From an uncultured Verrucomicrobia subdivision 3 bacterium (lineage in GTDB: Bacteria > Verrucomicrobiota > Verrucomicrobiia > Limisphaerales > UBA11358): 64,000 bases of DNA. Of this stretch, positions 8,878 to 18,343 are shown one piece after another. Every line of letters begins with the position of its first letter. The first letter of the stretch is position 1. Below the pieces are notes generated by a model. It made no database searches and had not been told where the DNA came from. It worked only from the letters and a program-made list of their open reading frames with translations. The translations under genes and the position numbers were made by a program. The stretch is taken from contig CAIKKJ010000054.1 of assembly GCA_903827955.1 (NCBI GenBank), positions 2,298-66,297 of the forward strand, written 5' to 3'.

Positions 8878-10376
8878 ACCGGCAGTCGCACGGTAAAAGT
8901 TGTCCCCGCATTTTCTTCACTCGCCACTTCAATCGTGCCGCCGTGCGCCTCGACGATGGCTTTGGTGATGGCGAGGCCGAGACCGGAATTGCCCGCACCG
9001 GTGCGCGATTGGTCGGCGCGAAAAAATCTTCCGAACACGCGCGGCAAATTTTCGGCGGCAATCCCCTGCCCTGTGTCCGCAATCGTCAGCACCGCCAGCC
9101 CGCCAACGGCTTCCAGTTTCACCCGCACTTCGCCTTCGGGTTTATTATATTGAATCGCGTTGGTCAGCAAATTCGTGACGACCTGCGCCAGCCGTTCGGA
9201 ATCGCCGGTGATTACCTGCGGCAGAATTTCGGAAATAATTTTCACGCCACGCTCCTCCGCCAGCGGTTGCACCAGCTCCGTGCAATCGGCAACCGTTTGG
9301 GAAAAATCAAACCGCAAGCGCTTCAAAACTTCCTGCCCGGCATCAAACCGCGCCAGCGCCAGCAGCGACTCGATCAATTTCCGCATCCGCTGCGCGGCGC
9401 GCTGGCAGGCCTCGACGGTCTGCTTGTAGCCCGCCGCATCGCGCTCGCGGCCCAGCGCCATTTGTGCCTGCGTGAGGATGACCGTGACGGGCGTGCGTAA
9501 TTCATGCGCCGCATCGGAGGCAAACTGCTTCTGCTGTGCGAACGCCGTTTCCAGACGCGCGAACGTGGAATTCAAAACCGCCGCGAGCTGGCCGAGTTCG
9601 CTTTCCGTTTCCGCCGAGTTGATGCGCTGCGACAAGTCGCCGGCAGAAATTTTTGCGGCCGTAGCGCTGATTTCGGAAATGGGTTTCAGCGAACGCCCGA
9701 CGAACCACCAACCACCAACGAAGCCGACAAATAAAATCAATCCGCCGACACCGGCAAGGTGCAAGGCGGTGTTGCGGAGTTCCGTGTGCAGCAGCTTGAG
9801 CGAGCAACCAACCTCGATGACTTCGCTTGACGGCAGAATTTCAACCACCATCTGAAGATCGCCGAACTGAATGGTTTTTTGCGGATTCGGTTTTTTGCGG
9901 GTCGGCAAATCATAATGGTTCAACTCGGTAAAATAATGGTCGTATTCCGGGCCAGCCGGCGCGGGCTGTGGAAAATTTTCAGACTGCGCAATGATGACGG
10001 TGTCATTTTCAATGGCGCGCCGGATTCGGAAAAAGAAACCGTTCACATCATTTGTGTCAAACAGATGGGCGTTCTCCGTCGCAAGATGAAATGCCGGCGG
10101 ACGCCTTTGAAATTGAGGCGGCCCATCATCGGGAAATTGGTCCTGCGGCGGTGGCCGGTTGCCAAATTGATCGCCGCCATTACCTTGTCGTGGCGGCGGA
10201 CGATGCAAATTATTCGCGAGAATTCCGATGCGCTGGTGCAACTCGTCGTCGAGATGGCGGAACTGCCGGCTGCGCTCCAGTTGATACGCCGTGCCGCCAA
10301 AGCCCGCCAGCACGACGACGAGAATCAGGCCATACCAAAGCTGCAACCGCCACTTGATGGATTTGAAAAGTTTCAT
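8874..10376 (-). CDS. two-component sensor histidine kinase (TM-HAMP-HisKA-HATPase)
   Basis: H-box SDAAHELRTPVTVI, N/G boxes (NLLTNAIQYN, DTGQGI, GLGLAI), two TM segments. There is a 4-bp overlap with the regulator gene. Confidence 0.88.
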   Translation of the reverse strand: MKLFKSIKWRLQLWYGLILVVVLAGFGGTAYQLERSRQFRHLDDELHQRIGILANNLHRPPPRQGNGGDQFGNRPPPQDQFPDDGPPQFQRRPPAFHLATENAHLFDTNDVNGFFFRIRRAIENDTVIIAQSENFPQPAPAGPEYDHYFTELNHYDLPTRKKPNPQKTIQFGDLQMVVEILPSSEVIEVGCSLKLLHTELRNTALHLAGVGGLILFVGFVGGWWFVGRSLKPISEISATAAKISAGDLSQRINSAETESELGQLAAVLNSTFARLETAFAQQKQFASDAAHELRTPVTVILTQAQMALGRERDAAGYKQTVEACQRAAQRMRKLIESLLALARFDAGQEVLKRLRFDFSQTVADCTELVQPLAEERGVKIISEILPQVITGDSERLAQVVTNLLTNAIQYNKPEGEVRVKLEAVGGLAVLTIADTGQGIAAENLPRVFGRFFRADQSRTGAGNSGLGLAITKAIVEAHGGTIEVASEENAGTTFTVRLPV

Positions 10377-11023
10377 TCAATGCAATAGCCGTGGCCGCGC
10401 CGCGTGGCGATAAACTCCGCGCCGAGTTTTTTTCGCACGTTTGAAACATGAACGTCCAGGAGATTGGAAAACGAATCTTCGTTCTCGTCGAACAGATGTT
10501 CGTAAAGTTGCGTGCGCGTCACGACTTCGCCGCGATGCAGCGCGAGAAATTCTACGAGCGAATATTCACGCGCGGTGAGCTCCACCGGTTTGTCGTGTTG
10601 CAGAACATGGCGCGCGGCGGTGTCAATTTTCACATCGCCGATGGCGATGACGTTGGTGGATTTATTTGCGCTACGGCGGATAATGGAACGCAGCCGCGCA
10701 AAAACTTCTTCGAGATCGAACGGCTTCACGACGTAATCGTCCGCGCCGGTATCGAGCCCCTTCACGCGGTCGCGCGTCTGGTCGCGCGCGGTGAGCATGA
10801 GCACGGGAGTCTTTTTGGTTTTGCGGAGCCGCTTCAAAACCTCCCAGCCGTCCAGGCCCGGCAACATCACATCCAACACGATGGCGTCGTAGTCCGTGCC
10901 TTCGGCGTTGAAGAGGCCGTCGTCACCGTTGTCGGCGGTGTCCACGGCGTAGCCTTCCTCGCGCAACGCCTGCGCGAGGCTCGCGAGCAAATCGGGTTCG
11001 TCTTCGACAATCAAGATTCTCAT
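10373..11023 (-). CDS. OmpR-family response regulator
   Basis: MRILIVEDEPD receiver with a winged-helix C-terminus (..RTQLYEHLFDEN..VHVSNVRKKLG). The ORF extends to 11050, but MRILIVEDE is the typical start. Confidence 0.88.
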   Translation of the reverse strand: MRILIVEDEPDLLASLAQALREEGYAVDTADNGDDGLFNAEGTDYDAIVLDVMLPGLDGWEVLKRLRKTKKTPVLMLTARDQTRDRVKGLDTGADDYVVKPFDLEEVFARLRSIIRRSANKSTNVIAIGDVKIDTAARHVLQHDKPVELTAREYSLVEFLALHRGEVVTRTQLYEHLFDENEDSFSNLLDVHVSNVRKKLGAEFIATRRGHGYCIE

Positions 11024-11197
11024 GTTCGTGGTGGCGGCCACATTTAACATAGCCGCATACTGGCGTCACGTTCGCAAAAGCAACCTTAAGGGCGGATGAA
11101 GAAAACCACCTGTCGTGGTCATGATTTTTTGCGCAACCCCGGGCAAAAAATACGCAGCTTCATCTTTGGTTAAGGTTGCATCCGCTAAAGTGGCGAC

Positions 11198-12991
11198 ATG
11201 AAAACTCAATCACACCAAACATTCAACCTGTCGCCACTCGCTTTTTTCTGTGCGGCGATTTTGCTCGTGCTCACCCTGACCGTTCGCGCGGATGATCCGC
11301 GCACGAACTCTTGGTTCACCACCTACGCCGGCAAATACGCGCGCGTCTATACCAATGCCGCATCCTTCACCGCAAACAACGCCGTTGCGACGTGGGGTAA
11401 CGGTTCGCAGACGCAATCGTCTCCGGCGTATTGTGGCGTGCAGGAAGTTTATTCCTCGAGCAACTGGGTTTATATCCGCACCACCGGGCTGGCCAGCCAC
11501 ACGATGGGCAATTGGTCGGCGGGTTTTCCCAATTTGCCGACGAACCAGAAAGTGCTCTACAAAATCCCGCGCACGAACAGTATCACCATTCCCACAACCA
11601 AAACGCAGACTGGTCTTGGCGCAATTGGCTACTTCGTGGACGGCGTGGCGATGTTTGATTCGCGCGATGGTTATGTCTGGACTGGTTCCGCCGAGAGCGG
11701 CAGCGGCACTGGCTATTGGAACCGCGACGCGTATGTTAACGAAGGCGCGACGTTTGACCCCGCTTATGCGCATCAGGAAAACACCGGCAATTACCATTAC
11801 CACGCCAACCCCATCGCGCTGCGTTACCTCATCGGCGACCACGTCAGTTACAATTCCACCGCGAAGACTTGGAGCGAAAGCACGAACGCCGTGACGAAAC
11901 ATTCGCCGCTGCTCGGCTGGGTGCGCGACGGCTATCCAATTTACGGACCCTATGGCTATGCCGTTTCCAACAACGCGGCCAGCGGTGTGCGTCGGATGAT
12001 TTCAGGTTTTGTTTTGCGCAACGGCCAGTTCGGCACGGATAATTTGACGAATACACTCCGCGCCAATCTCCCCGCGTGGGCGCAACGGCTCTATGGCCTG
12101 AATTCTGCCGGCCCGACGGACACCACCACTTATCCAATTGGCCGCTACATGGAAGACAAAGCTTTTCTCGGCGACCTAACGAACTCGGCCACGACGAACA
12201 AATACATCATGGGCACGGACTACGACCTCGACGAATACAATGGTCGCTGGTGCGTGACGCCGGAATTTCCCAACGGCACATACGCCTACTTCGTCAGTAT
12301 CGCCAACAACGGCACACCCGTTTTTCCCTACAACATTGGCCGCGCATTTTACGGCGGCGCGAACGGCACGTCCGTCACTTCGATCTCGGAAACGGTCGTC
12401 ACCAATTTCCTCGGCTACACCAATCTCACAACCACGCTAAATTCGCCCGTCGTTAAAAACGGCGCGGTTACCCTCTCGTGGAGTGCGCTCGAAGGCGGCA
12501 CTTACATGGTGCAGTCCACCACGAATTTTTCCGCGTGGACCACGAACTCTACCACGGTCGCCGCCGTGCAAAACGCCGCGAGCTACACAAACAATTCCCC
12601 AGACAGCTACCGCTTCTACCGCGTCGCCCGCACCGCGCTGGCCGCGTATGACGCCGCCGGTTCCACGACCACCAGCGGCGGCGGTGGCAATGGCATCGTG
12701 AGCGTCTCGCCGACTAGCGGCAATCGCGGCACAACTTTCACGCTGACGATCAATTTGGATTCCGCCGTGAATCCGCCGCCGCAAAACGCGCCCATCAACA
12801 GCGTCACCGTTGGCACCATTACCGGCACGGGAAACGTCCACGTCAGTCAGACGCAGTTGACCAGCAGCATCACGATTCCGGCGAACGCCACCACCGGCGC
12901 CCAAACTGTGACCGTCGTTTTCCCCGGCCCGCCCGGCAATCCCACCGCCACCGTGACCTACACGCTCACCGGCGGCTTCACCATCAACTGA
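11198..12991 (+). CDS. secreted YHYH-motif protein with C-terminal beta-rich domains
   Basis: Signal peptide, NTGNYHYHANP motif, and a Thr/Asn/Ser-rich C-terminal half. Confidence 0.65.
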   Translation: MKTQSHQTFNLSPLAFFCAAILLVLTLTVRADDPRTNSWFTTYAGKYARVYTNAASFTANNAVATWGNGSQTQSSPAYCGVQEVYSSSNWVYIRTTGLASHTMGNWSAGFPNLPTNQKVLYKIPRTNSITIPTTKTQTGLGAIGYFVDGVAMFDSRDGYVWTGSAESGSGTGYWNRDAYVNEGATFDPAYAHQENTGNYHYHANPIALRYLIGDHVSYNSTAKTWSESTNAVTKHSPLLGWVRDGYPIYGPYGYAVSNNAASGVRRMISGFVLRNGQFGTDNLTNTLRANLPAWAQRLYGLNSAGPTDTTTYPIGRYMEDKAFLGDLTNSATTNKYIMGTDYDLDEYNGRWCVTPEFPNGTYAYFVSIANNGTPVFPYNIGRAFYGGANGTSVTSISETVVTNFLGYTNLTTTLNSPVVKNGAVTLSWSALEGGTYMVQSTTNFSAWTTNSTTVAAVQNAASYTNNSPDSYRFYRVARTALAAYDAAGSTTTSGGGGNGIVSVSPTSGNRGTTFTLTINLDSAVNPPPQNAPINSVTVGTITGTGNVHVSQTQLTSSITIPANATTGAQTVTVVFPGPPGNPTATVTYTLTGGFTIN

Positions 12992-13026
12992 AATTCCGTC
13001 CGTGCGGACACTAAACCGGCCGGGGC

Positions 13027-13066
13027 GAAACGAGTGCCGCCCCGGCCGTAACTTTTCGTCACCCAC
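13027..13066 (+). terminator. rho-independent terminator
   Basis: 11-bp GC stem cggccggggcg / cgccccggccg followed by a T-rich tract. Confidence 0.6.
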
Positions 13067-13092
13067 CGTCCGGCGGCAACGTCTGTGCCAAG

Positions 13093-13914
13093 GTGAATTT
13101 CAAAAAACTTTTTTCCGCCCTGCTGCTCGCGGTCGCGGTCACTCCCCTCCCCGCCGCCGAAAACTGGCGGCTTGTCTGGGCCGATGAATTTAATACCAAT
13201 GGCACGCCCAATCCTACGAACTGGAATTACGAACGCGGCTTCGTTCGCAATCACGAACTCCAGTGGTATCAACCTGAAAATGCGTTCTGCACTAATGGCA
13301 TCCTCGTCATCGAAGCGCGACGCGAGACCCGGCCCAATCCTAATTTCAAAACGAAAAGCCCGGATTGGAAAACCGGCCGCCAGTGGATTGAATGCACCTC
13401 CGCCAGCCTCACCTCGCGGCGACTGCGCGAATTTACTTACGGAAAATTTGAACTGCGCGCCCGGATTGACCCGCGCGCCGGCAGTTGGCCCGCATTCTGG
13501 ACGCTTGGGGCCAAGCGCGGCCACCGCTGGCCGGCAGGCGGCGAAATTGACATCATGGAATTTTACAAAGACACGGTGCTCGCGAATATCGGCTGGCAAT
13601 TAGATGGAAAGATAAACTGGAACTCCGTCAAAAAATCGCTCGCAGATTTTGGCGGCACCGAGTGGGCGAAGGAATTTCACACCTGGACTATGGAGTGGGA
13701 CGAAAGCAAAATTGATCTCCAGCTCGACGGCCAGCTGATGAGTCATCTCGAACTTTCACAGGCCGACCACGCGGACGGCGGCAATCCCTTTCACCGCCCA
13801 GTATATTTTATCCTCAACCAAGCCATCGGCGGCGATTGCGGCGGCGACCCGACGGAAACCACCTTCCCCATCCGCTACGAAATTGACTGGGTGCGCGTCT
13901 ATCAGAAGAAATAG
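13093..13914 (+). CDS. glycoside hydrolase family 16 (beta-glucanase/laminarinase-like)
   Basis: Signal peptide and catalytic motif GGEIDIMEF (ExDxxE). Confidence 0.85.
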   Translation: MNFKKLFSALLLAVAVTPLPAAENWRLVWADEFNTNGTPNPTNWNYERGFVRNHELQWYQPENAFCTNGILVIEARRETRPNPNFKTKSPDWKTGRQWIECTSASLTSRRLREFTYGKFELRARIDPRAGSWPAFWTLGAKRGHRWPAGGEIDIMEFYKDTVLANIGWQLDGKINWNSVKKSLADFGGTEWAKEFHTWTMEWDESKIDLQLDGQLMSHLELSQADHADGGNPFHRPVYFILNQAIGGDCGGDPTETTFPIRYEIDWVRVYQKK

Positions 13915-13952
13915 CGCCTAGTCCTTTGTTTACGGGCCTTGACTGTGCGTCA

Positions 13953-15059
13953 TCAATGTAATCCCCGCCAGCCGTGCCAGGCCATGAAACCGGCCAGCAC
14001 CAGCAGCAGCACACAGGAAACGTAAGGCGCGCGGCGCATCAGCTCGCCAAAACCTTTGAACCGCTTCTCGGCATGACGCACGCTCCACGCAGCGAGCACG
14101 CCGGTCGTCACCATCGTCAGCGCCAGCCCAAAGCTAAACGCGCCAACCATCGCAAAACCAAGTGTGGTCTTTTTTAATTGCAGGCAGACGAGCAGCACGG
14201 TGAACGCCGCCGGACACGGCATTAATCCGCCGGTCACGCCGAACAATATGATTTGCGGCGTGGTGACGGCGCGTCCGGAAAATCGTTGCGCGATGTCCTG
14301 CGCGTGAGCGCGTTCGTGTGCATCTTGAAATTCCCCGTCCGCTTCATCGTGGTCGTGATGATGATGCTCGCCTTCGCGAAACTCGACTTTGCAAGTGTGA
14401 TGATGATGGCCGTGGCCGATGGTCACGGTGGCATCGAATTCATGCGGTTCAGGAATGTCTGCGGTGGATTCCAGAAAATCATTTTTGGCGGTGAATTGAA
14501 ACACCTGCCGCGCGCCGTCAGAGCGGACGGTTGTCAGTGTTACGTCTTTGGCCGCAGGCGGATGTTCGCCGACGGGCGCACGGAGTTGAAAGACCGGCGG
14601 CACGCCTTCTTCAAACACGCTCAACTCCAGTTTGCCATGCCCTATGTCGAGCAGGAATAATTCACTGTGCGCATGCCCGTGACTGTGGTCGTGATGATGG
14701 TGATGAGCTTCATGCAATTCGCGGCGCGTGCGGAAAAACATCCATATCGCCAGCGCCAGAATCATTACGGCGGAACCGAGTTGCAGATACGGCTCGACAG
14801 ATTCCGCATTAAACTGATTGCCAAAGTGCAGCGCGGCCGCGGCCAGCAACCAGATGATGAGCGAGTGTGAAATCGCGGCAGAAAGTCCCAGCAACACCGC
14901 CTGCCCGATCGTTCCACGAATGGCAACAATGAACGCGGCCATCATCGTCTTGGAATGTCCCGGCTCCAGTCCGTGCAATGCACCGAGCAAAATTGCGGCG
15001 GGAATGAACAGCCAGAGATTCGTGGAACCGTTCTGAACTGCGTGCAGGAAATCTTGCAT
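13953..15059 (-). CDS. NicO/RcnA-type nickel/cobalt efflux permease with large His-rich loop
   Basis: HGLEPGHSKT signature and His tracts (HHHHHDHSHGHAH, GHGHHHH, EHHHHDHDE). Confidence 0.75.
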   Translation of the reverse strand: MQDFLHAVQNGSTNLWLFIPAAILLGALHGLEPGHSKTMMAAFIVAIRGTIGQAVLLGLSAAISHSLIIWLLAAAALHFGNQFNAESVEPYLQLGSAVMILALAIWMFFRTRRELHEAHHHHHDHSHGHAHSELFLLDIGHGKLELSVFEEGVPPVFQLRAPVGEHPPAAKDVTLTTVRSDGARQVFQFTAKNDFLESTADIPEPHEFDATVTIGHGHHHHTCKVEFREGEHHHHDHDEADGEFQDAHERAHAQDIAQRFSGRAVTTPQIILFGVTGGLMPCPAAFTVLLVCLQLKKTTLGFAMVGAFSFGLALTMVTTGVLAAWSVRHAEKRFKGFGELMRRAPYVSCVLLLVLAGFMAWHGWRGLH

Positions 15060-15157
15060 GGCCAGATTGTAAGATTGAAACCCACCTTGTCAGCCCCAAT
15101 CGCACTACGCTGTAATCAACGCTTGAAAGTTGAAACCCGAAACTTGAAACTCCGCCG

Positions 15158-15958
15158 ATGCAGTTGCCCGCCGATTACCACATGCACACGCCGCTGTGCC
15201 GTCACGCCATTGGCGAACCGGTGGATTATGCGCGCTGCGCCGAGGCCGCCGGCCTCACGGAAATCGGCTTCTCCGACCACTCGCCGATGTTGCGCGATGA
15301 TTTTGACAACTGGCGGATGTTCGACCGGCAGCTCGATGAATACGTCGCCAAAGTTCAGCTCGCGCAGAAAAACTTTCCCCAGCTCACAATCCGTCTCGCC
15401 CTCGAAGTGGATTACCTGCCCGGCCAAGAGGAATGGATTCAAAAACTGGCGGCACGGCATCCGTGGGACTATTTCATCGGCAGCGTGCATTACGTATCCG
15501 AGTCGTGGGACATTGACAATCCGGCGAAACTTTCCGAATGGAAAAAGCGCGACGCTTTCGAGGTCTGGAAAATTTATTTTGAGCGGCTCGCCATGGCGGC
15601 AGAATCAAAACTCTTCGACATCATCGGCCACGCGGACTTGCCAAAAAAATTCGGCATCCGCCCCACGCAAGATTGCACGCCACTTTACGCACATTTTCTC
15701 GACGCGGTGGCAAAGTCGAATTGCGCGATCGAATTAAACACCGCCGGGCTGCGCAAGGACTGCAAAGAAATTTATCCCTGCCGCGAGCTGCTGCAGCTTG
15801 CCTTCGCCAAACATGTCCCCATCACGTTCGGCTCGGACGCCCACGTGCCGGAAGAAGTCGGGATGAATTTCATCGAGGCCATGGAACTTGCCCGCGCCAC
15901 CGGCTACTCGGAGACCTGCCGCTTCAAACAGCGCCAGCGCGAATCCGTCTGGCTGTGA
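15158..15958 (+). CDS. histidinol-phosphatase, HisJ/PHP family
   Basis: DYHMHTPLCRHA N-terminus, GSVHY, and FGSDAH near the C-terminus. Confidence 0.8.
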   Translation: MQLPADYHMHTPLCRHAIGEPVDYARCAEAAGLTEIGFSDHSPMLRDDFDNWRMFDRQLDEYVAKVQLAQKNFPQLTIRLALEVDYLPGQEEWIQKLAARHPWDYFIGSVHYVSESWDIDNPAKLSEWKKRDAFEVWKIYFERLAMAAESKLFDIIGHADLPKKFGIRPTQDCTPLYAHFLDAVAKSNCAIELNTAGLRKDCKEIYPCRELLQLAFAKHVPITFGSDAHVPEEVGMNFIEAMELARATGYSETCRFKQRQRESVWL

Positions 15959-16016
15959 ATCGCGCGGCGAAAAATTGCTTTGTCCCGCGCCGCACATTTT
16001 GAAAAACTTCGCGCCC

Positions 16017-16622
16017 ATGAAACAAGTCATCGTCACGTTGGATATGGAAGGCGTGCTCACGCCAGAAATCTGGATTGCTGTCGCCGAGAAAACTAAAATC
16101 ACCGAGCTCCGCCGCACCACGCGCGACGAGCCGGACTACGACAAGCTGATGAATTACCGCATCGGCATCCTCGACCAGCACGGCATCAAACTCTCGGACA
16201 TCCAGCAAGTCATCGGCACGCTGCCATTGCTCGACGGCGCGAAAAGTTTTCTCGATGAACTCCGCAGCCTCGCGCAAGTCGTGATTCTCTCCGATACCTT
16301 CGAGCAGTTCGCCCGCCCGCTCATCCAGCAGATGAACTGGCCTACCTTATTTTGCCACACGCTTGTCGTGGAAAACGACCGCATCACCGGCTACAAACTT
16401 CGCATCGCCGACCAGAAACGAAAAGCCGTCGCGGCGTTCAAGGCGTTGAATTACCACGTCATTTCCGCCGGCGATTCTTACAACGACACAGGGATGCTCG
16501 CCGAAGCGCATAATGGATTTCTCATCCACGCGCCGGAAAAAGTGAAGCTGGAATTCCCGCAGTTCAAAGCCGTCGAAAGCCACGCGGAACTGTTGAAGCT
16601 GATTAAAACAGCGATGAAATAA
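16017..16622 (+). CDS. thrH: HAD-family phosphoserine phosphatase / homoserine phosphotransferase (ThrH-like)
   Basis: MKQVIVTLDMEGVLTPEIW (DxE/DxD-type HAD motif I) and GDSYNDTGML motif. Length is about 201 aa from the internal Met. Confidence 0.7.
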   Translation: MKQVIVTLDMEGVLTPEIWIAVAEKTKITELRRTTRDEPDYDKLMNYRIGILDQHGIKLSDIQQVIGTLPLLDGAKSFLDELRSLAQVVILSDTFEQFARPLIQQMNWPTLFCHTLVVENDRITGYKLRIADQKRKAVAAFKALNYHVISAGDSYNDTGMLAEAHNGFLIHAPEKVKLEFPQFKAVESHAELLKLIKTAMK

Positions 16623-16628
16623 TCGTAG

Positions 16629-17606
16629 TCAATCCTCGGCCTTGAACGAGCGCGAAATCAGATCGCGCACGGCCTGCCGGGGATCTTTGTTTTCGTAGAG
16701 CATCGCGTTCACCTCGTCAATGATCGGCGTTGCAACTTTCTTTTTTTGCGCCAGCCGGTGCGCCGAGCGCGCGGTGGGATAACCTTCCGCCAGCTTCGGA
16801 TGCGAGGCGACAATCGCGGCAATCGTCTCGCCACGCCCCAGCCGTTCGCCCAAATCGCGGTTGCGGCTTTGCTTGGAAAAACAGGTGAGCATCAAATCGC
16901 CGAGGCCGCTCAAGCCGGAAAACGTTTCCGCCTGCGCGCCGCACGCGAGGCCAAGCCGCTTCAGTTCGGCCAGCGCACGCGAAACCAAACCGGCCTTCGT
17001 GTTGTCGCCGTAGCCCAAGCCGTCGCTCACACCGGCGGCGATGGCGATGACATTTTTCAAAGCGCCGCCGTATTCCACCCCCACGATATCCGTGCTGCGG
17101 TAAATCCGAAATTCCGGGCGGTGAAAAAGTCCCTGCACCGTGCGCGCCGTGCCATCGCTTTCGCTGGCGCACACGACCGTCGTGGGAATTCCCAGCGCAA
17201 CCTCGCGCGCGAAGCTCGGCCCGGACAGCGCGGCCACGCGATCCGCCGGTGCTTGCTCGCGCAAAATACGGCTCATGGTGATGCCAGTTTCAAACTCGAT
17301 GCCTTTGGTGACGCTGACAAAAATTCCCGGATGCCCTTTCAGCCGTGCGGTGATTTCGCGAAAGGCCACCGAGGGAACTGCTAGGAGCACGCATTCCGCA
17401 CCGCCAACGGCTTTTTTGAAATCGGCTTCGGTTTTCCAGTCGTCCGGCAGCTTCACGCCAGGCAGATATTTTTCATTCGCGCCGCGCTGAAGTTGCGCGA
17501 GCAATTCGGCATCGCGATCCCACAGCGTCACGGTGTTGCCATTCTCCTGCAAAATTTTGGCAAGCGCAGTTCCCCACGCGCCGGCACCGAGCAGCGTGAT
17601 TCTCAT
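16629..17606 (-). CDS. gpsA: NAD(P)H-dependent glycerol-3-phosphate dehydrogenase
   Basis: MRITLLGAGAWGTALA Rossmann N-terminus with a family-typical core. It overlaps plsY by 4 bp. Confidence 0.92.
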   Translation of the reverse strand: MRITLLGAGAWGTALAKILQENGNTVTLWDRDAELLAQLQRGANEKYLPGVKLPDDWKTEADFKKAVGGAECVLLAVPSVAFREITARLKGHPGIFVSVTKGIEFETGITMSRILREQAPADRVAALSGPSFAREVALGIPTTVVCASESDGTARTVQGLFHRPEFRIYRSTDIVGVEYGGALKNVIAIAAGVSDGLGYGDNTKAGLVSRALAELKRLGLACGAQAETFSGLSGLGDLMLTCFSKQSRNRDLGERLGRGETIAAIVASHPKLAEGYPTARSAHRLAQKKKVATPIIDEVNAMLYENKDPRQAVRDLISRSFKAED

Positions 17607-18277
17607 TTCGCGTCCTCCCGTTTTTTGCCGAGGCGGTTTTCCGTTCCCGCCAGCAGCCGCTGAATGTTCGACTTGTGTTTATACACCGCCAGCGCACCGA
17701 GCGCCGTCGTAACAATCCCCAGCAATAAATTGTGCGGCTGTAAAATCCAGACCGCCACCGGCAGCGCAATCGCCGCCGCGATGGAACCAACGGAAACATA
17801 TTTGGTCAGCACGACCGCGAGAATGAAAACGACCAGCGCGACCAAAACCGCCCACGGCGCGAGCGCAAGAAAAACTCCCGCCGTGGTGGCAATGCCTTTG
17901 CCGCCTTTAAATTTCAGCCAGCAGGTGTAGTTGTGGCCAAGCACGGCGCCGATGCCGCCGAGCAAAAAAAACTTTGCTTGCAGGTCTGCGGGTTCATGCT
18001 GAAACCAGATGAACAGCCCGGAATAATGCGGCGCGAGGGAATTGAAAATCAGCGACGGCAGCAGCGCGCAGGCGATGTAACCTTTTAACGCATCCATCAG
18101 CAGCACAAAAATTCCCGCCGGTTTGCCGAGCACGCGCATGGCGTTCGTCGCGCCGATGTTCCCGCTGCCCACGCTGCGGATGTCTATGCCCTTCGCCTTC
18201 GCGACGAGAAATCCGAACGGGACAGAGCCGAGTAGATACGCGCCCAAGGCGGTAAGAATGTAAGCGATGTCTGGCAC
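17603..18277 (-). CDS. plsY: glycerol-3-phosphate acyltransferase PlsY
   Basis: GSGNIGATNAMRVLG motif in a polytopic membrane protein. Confidence 0.92.
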   Translation of the reverse strand: MPDIAYILTALGAYLLGSVPFGFLVAKAKGIDIRSVGSGNIGATNAMRVLGKPAGIFVLLMDALKGYIACALLPSLIFNSLAPHYSGLFIWFQHEPADLQAKFFLLGGIGAVLGHNYTCWLKFKGGKGIATTAGVFLALAPWAVLVALVVFILAVVLTKYVSVGSIAAAIALPVAVWILQPHNLLLGIVTTALGALAVYKHKSNIQRLLAGTENRLGKKREDAK

Positions 18278-18343
18278 AGCAGAAGCTTATGAATCCTTTG
18301 CGAAAAGTTCAAACTTCATTCCGCAATTTACCAACTCCGTCGT

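Noticed and set aside
8754-9500. 248-aa plus-strand ORF
   Set aside because: It is antisense to the histidine kinase gene.
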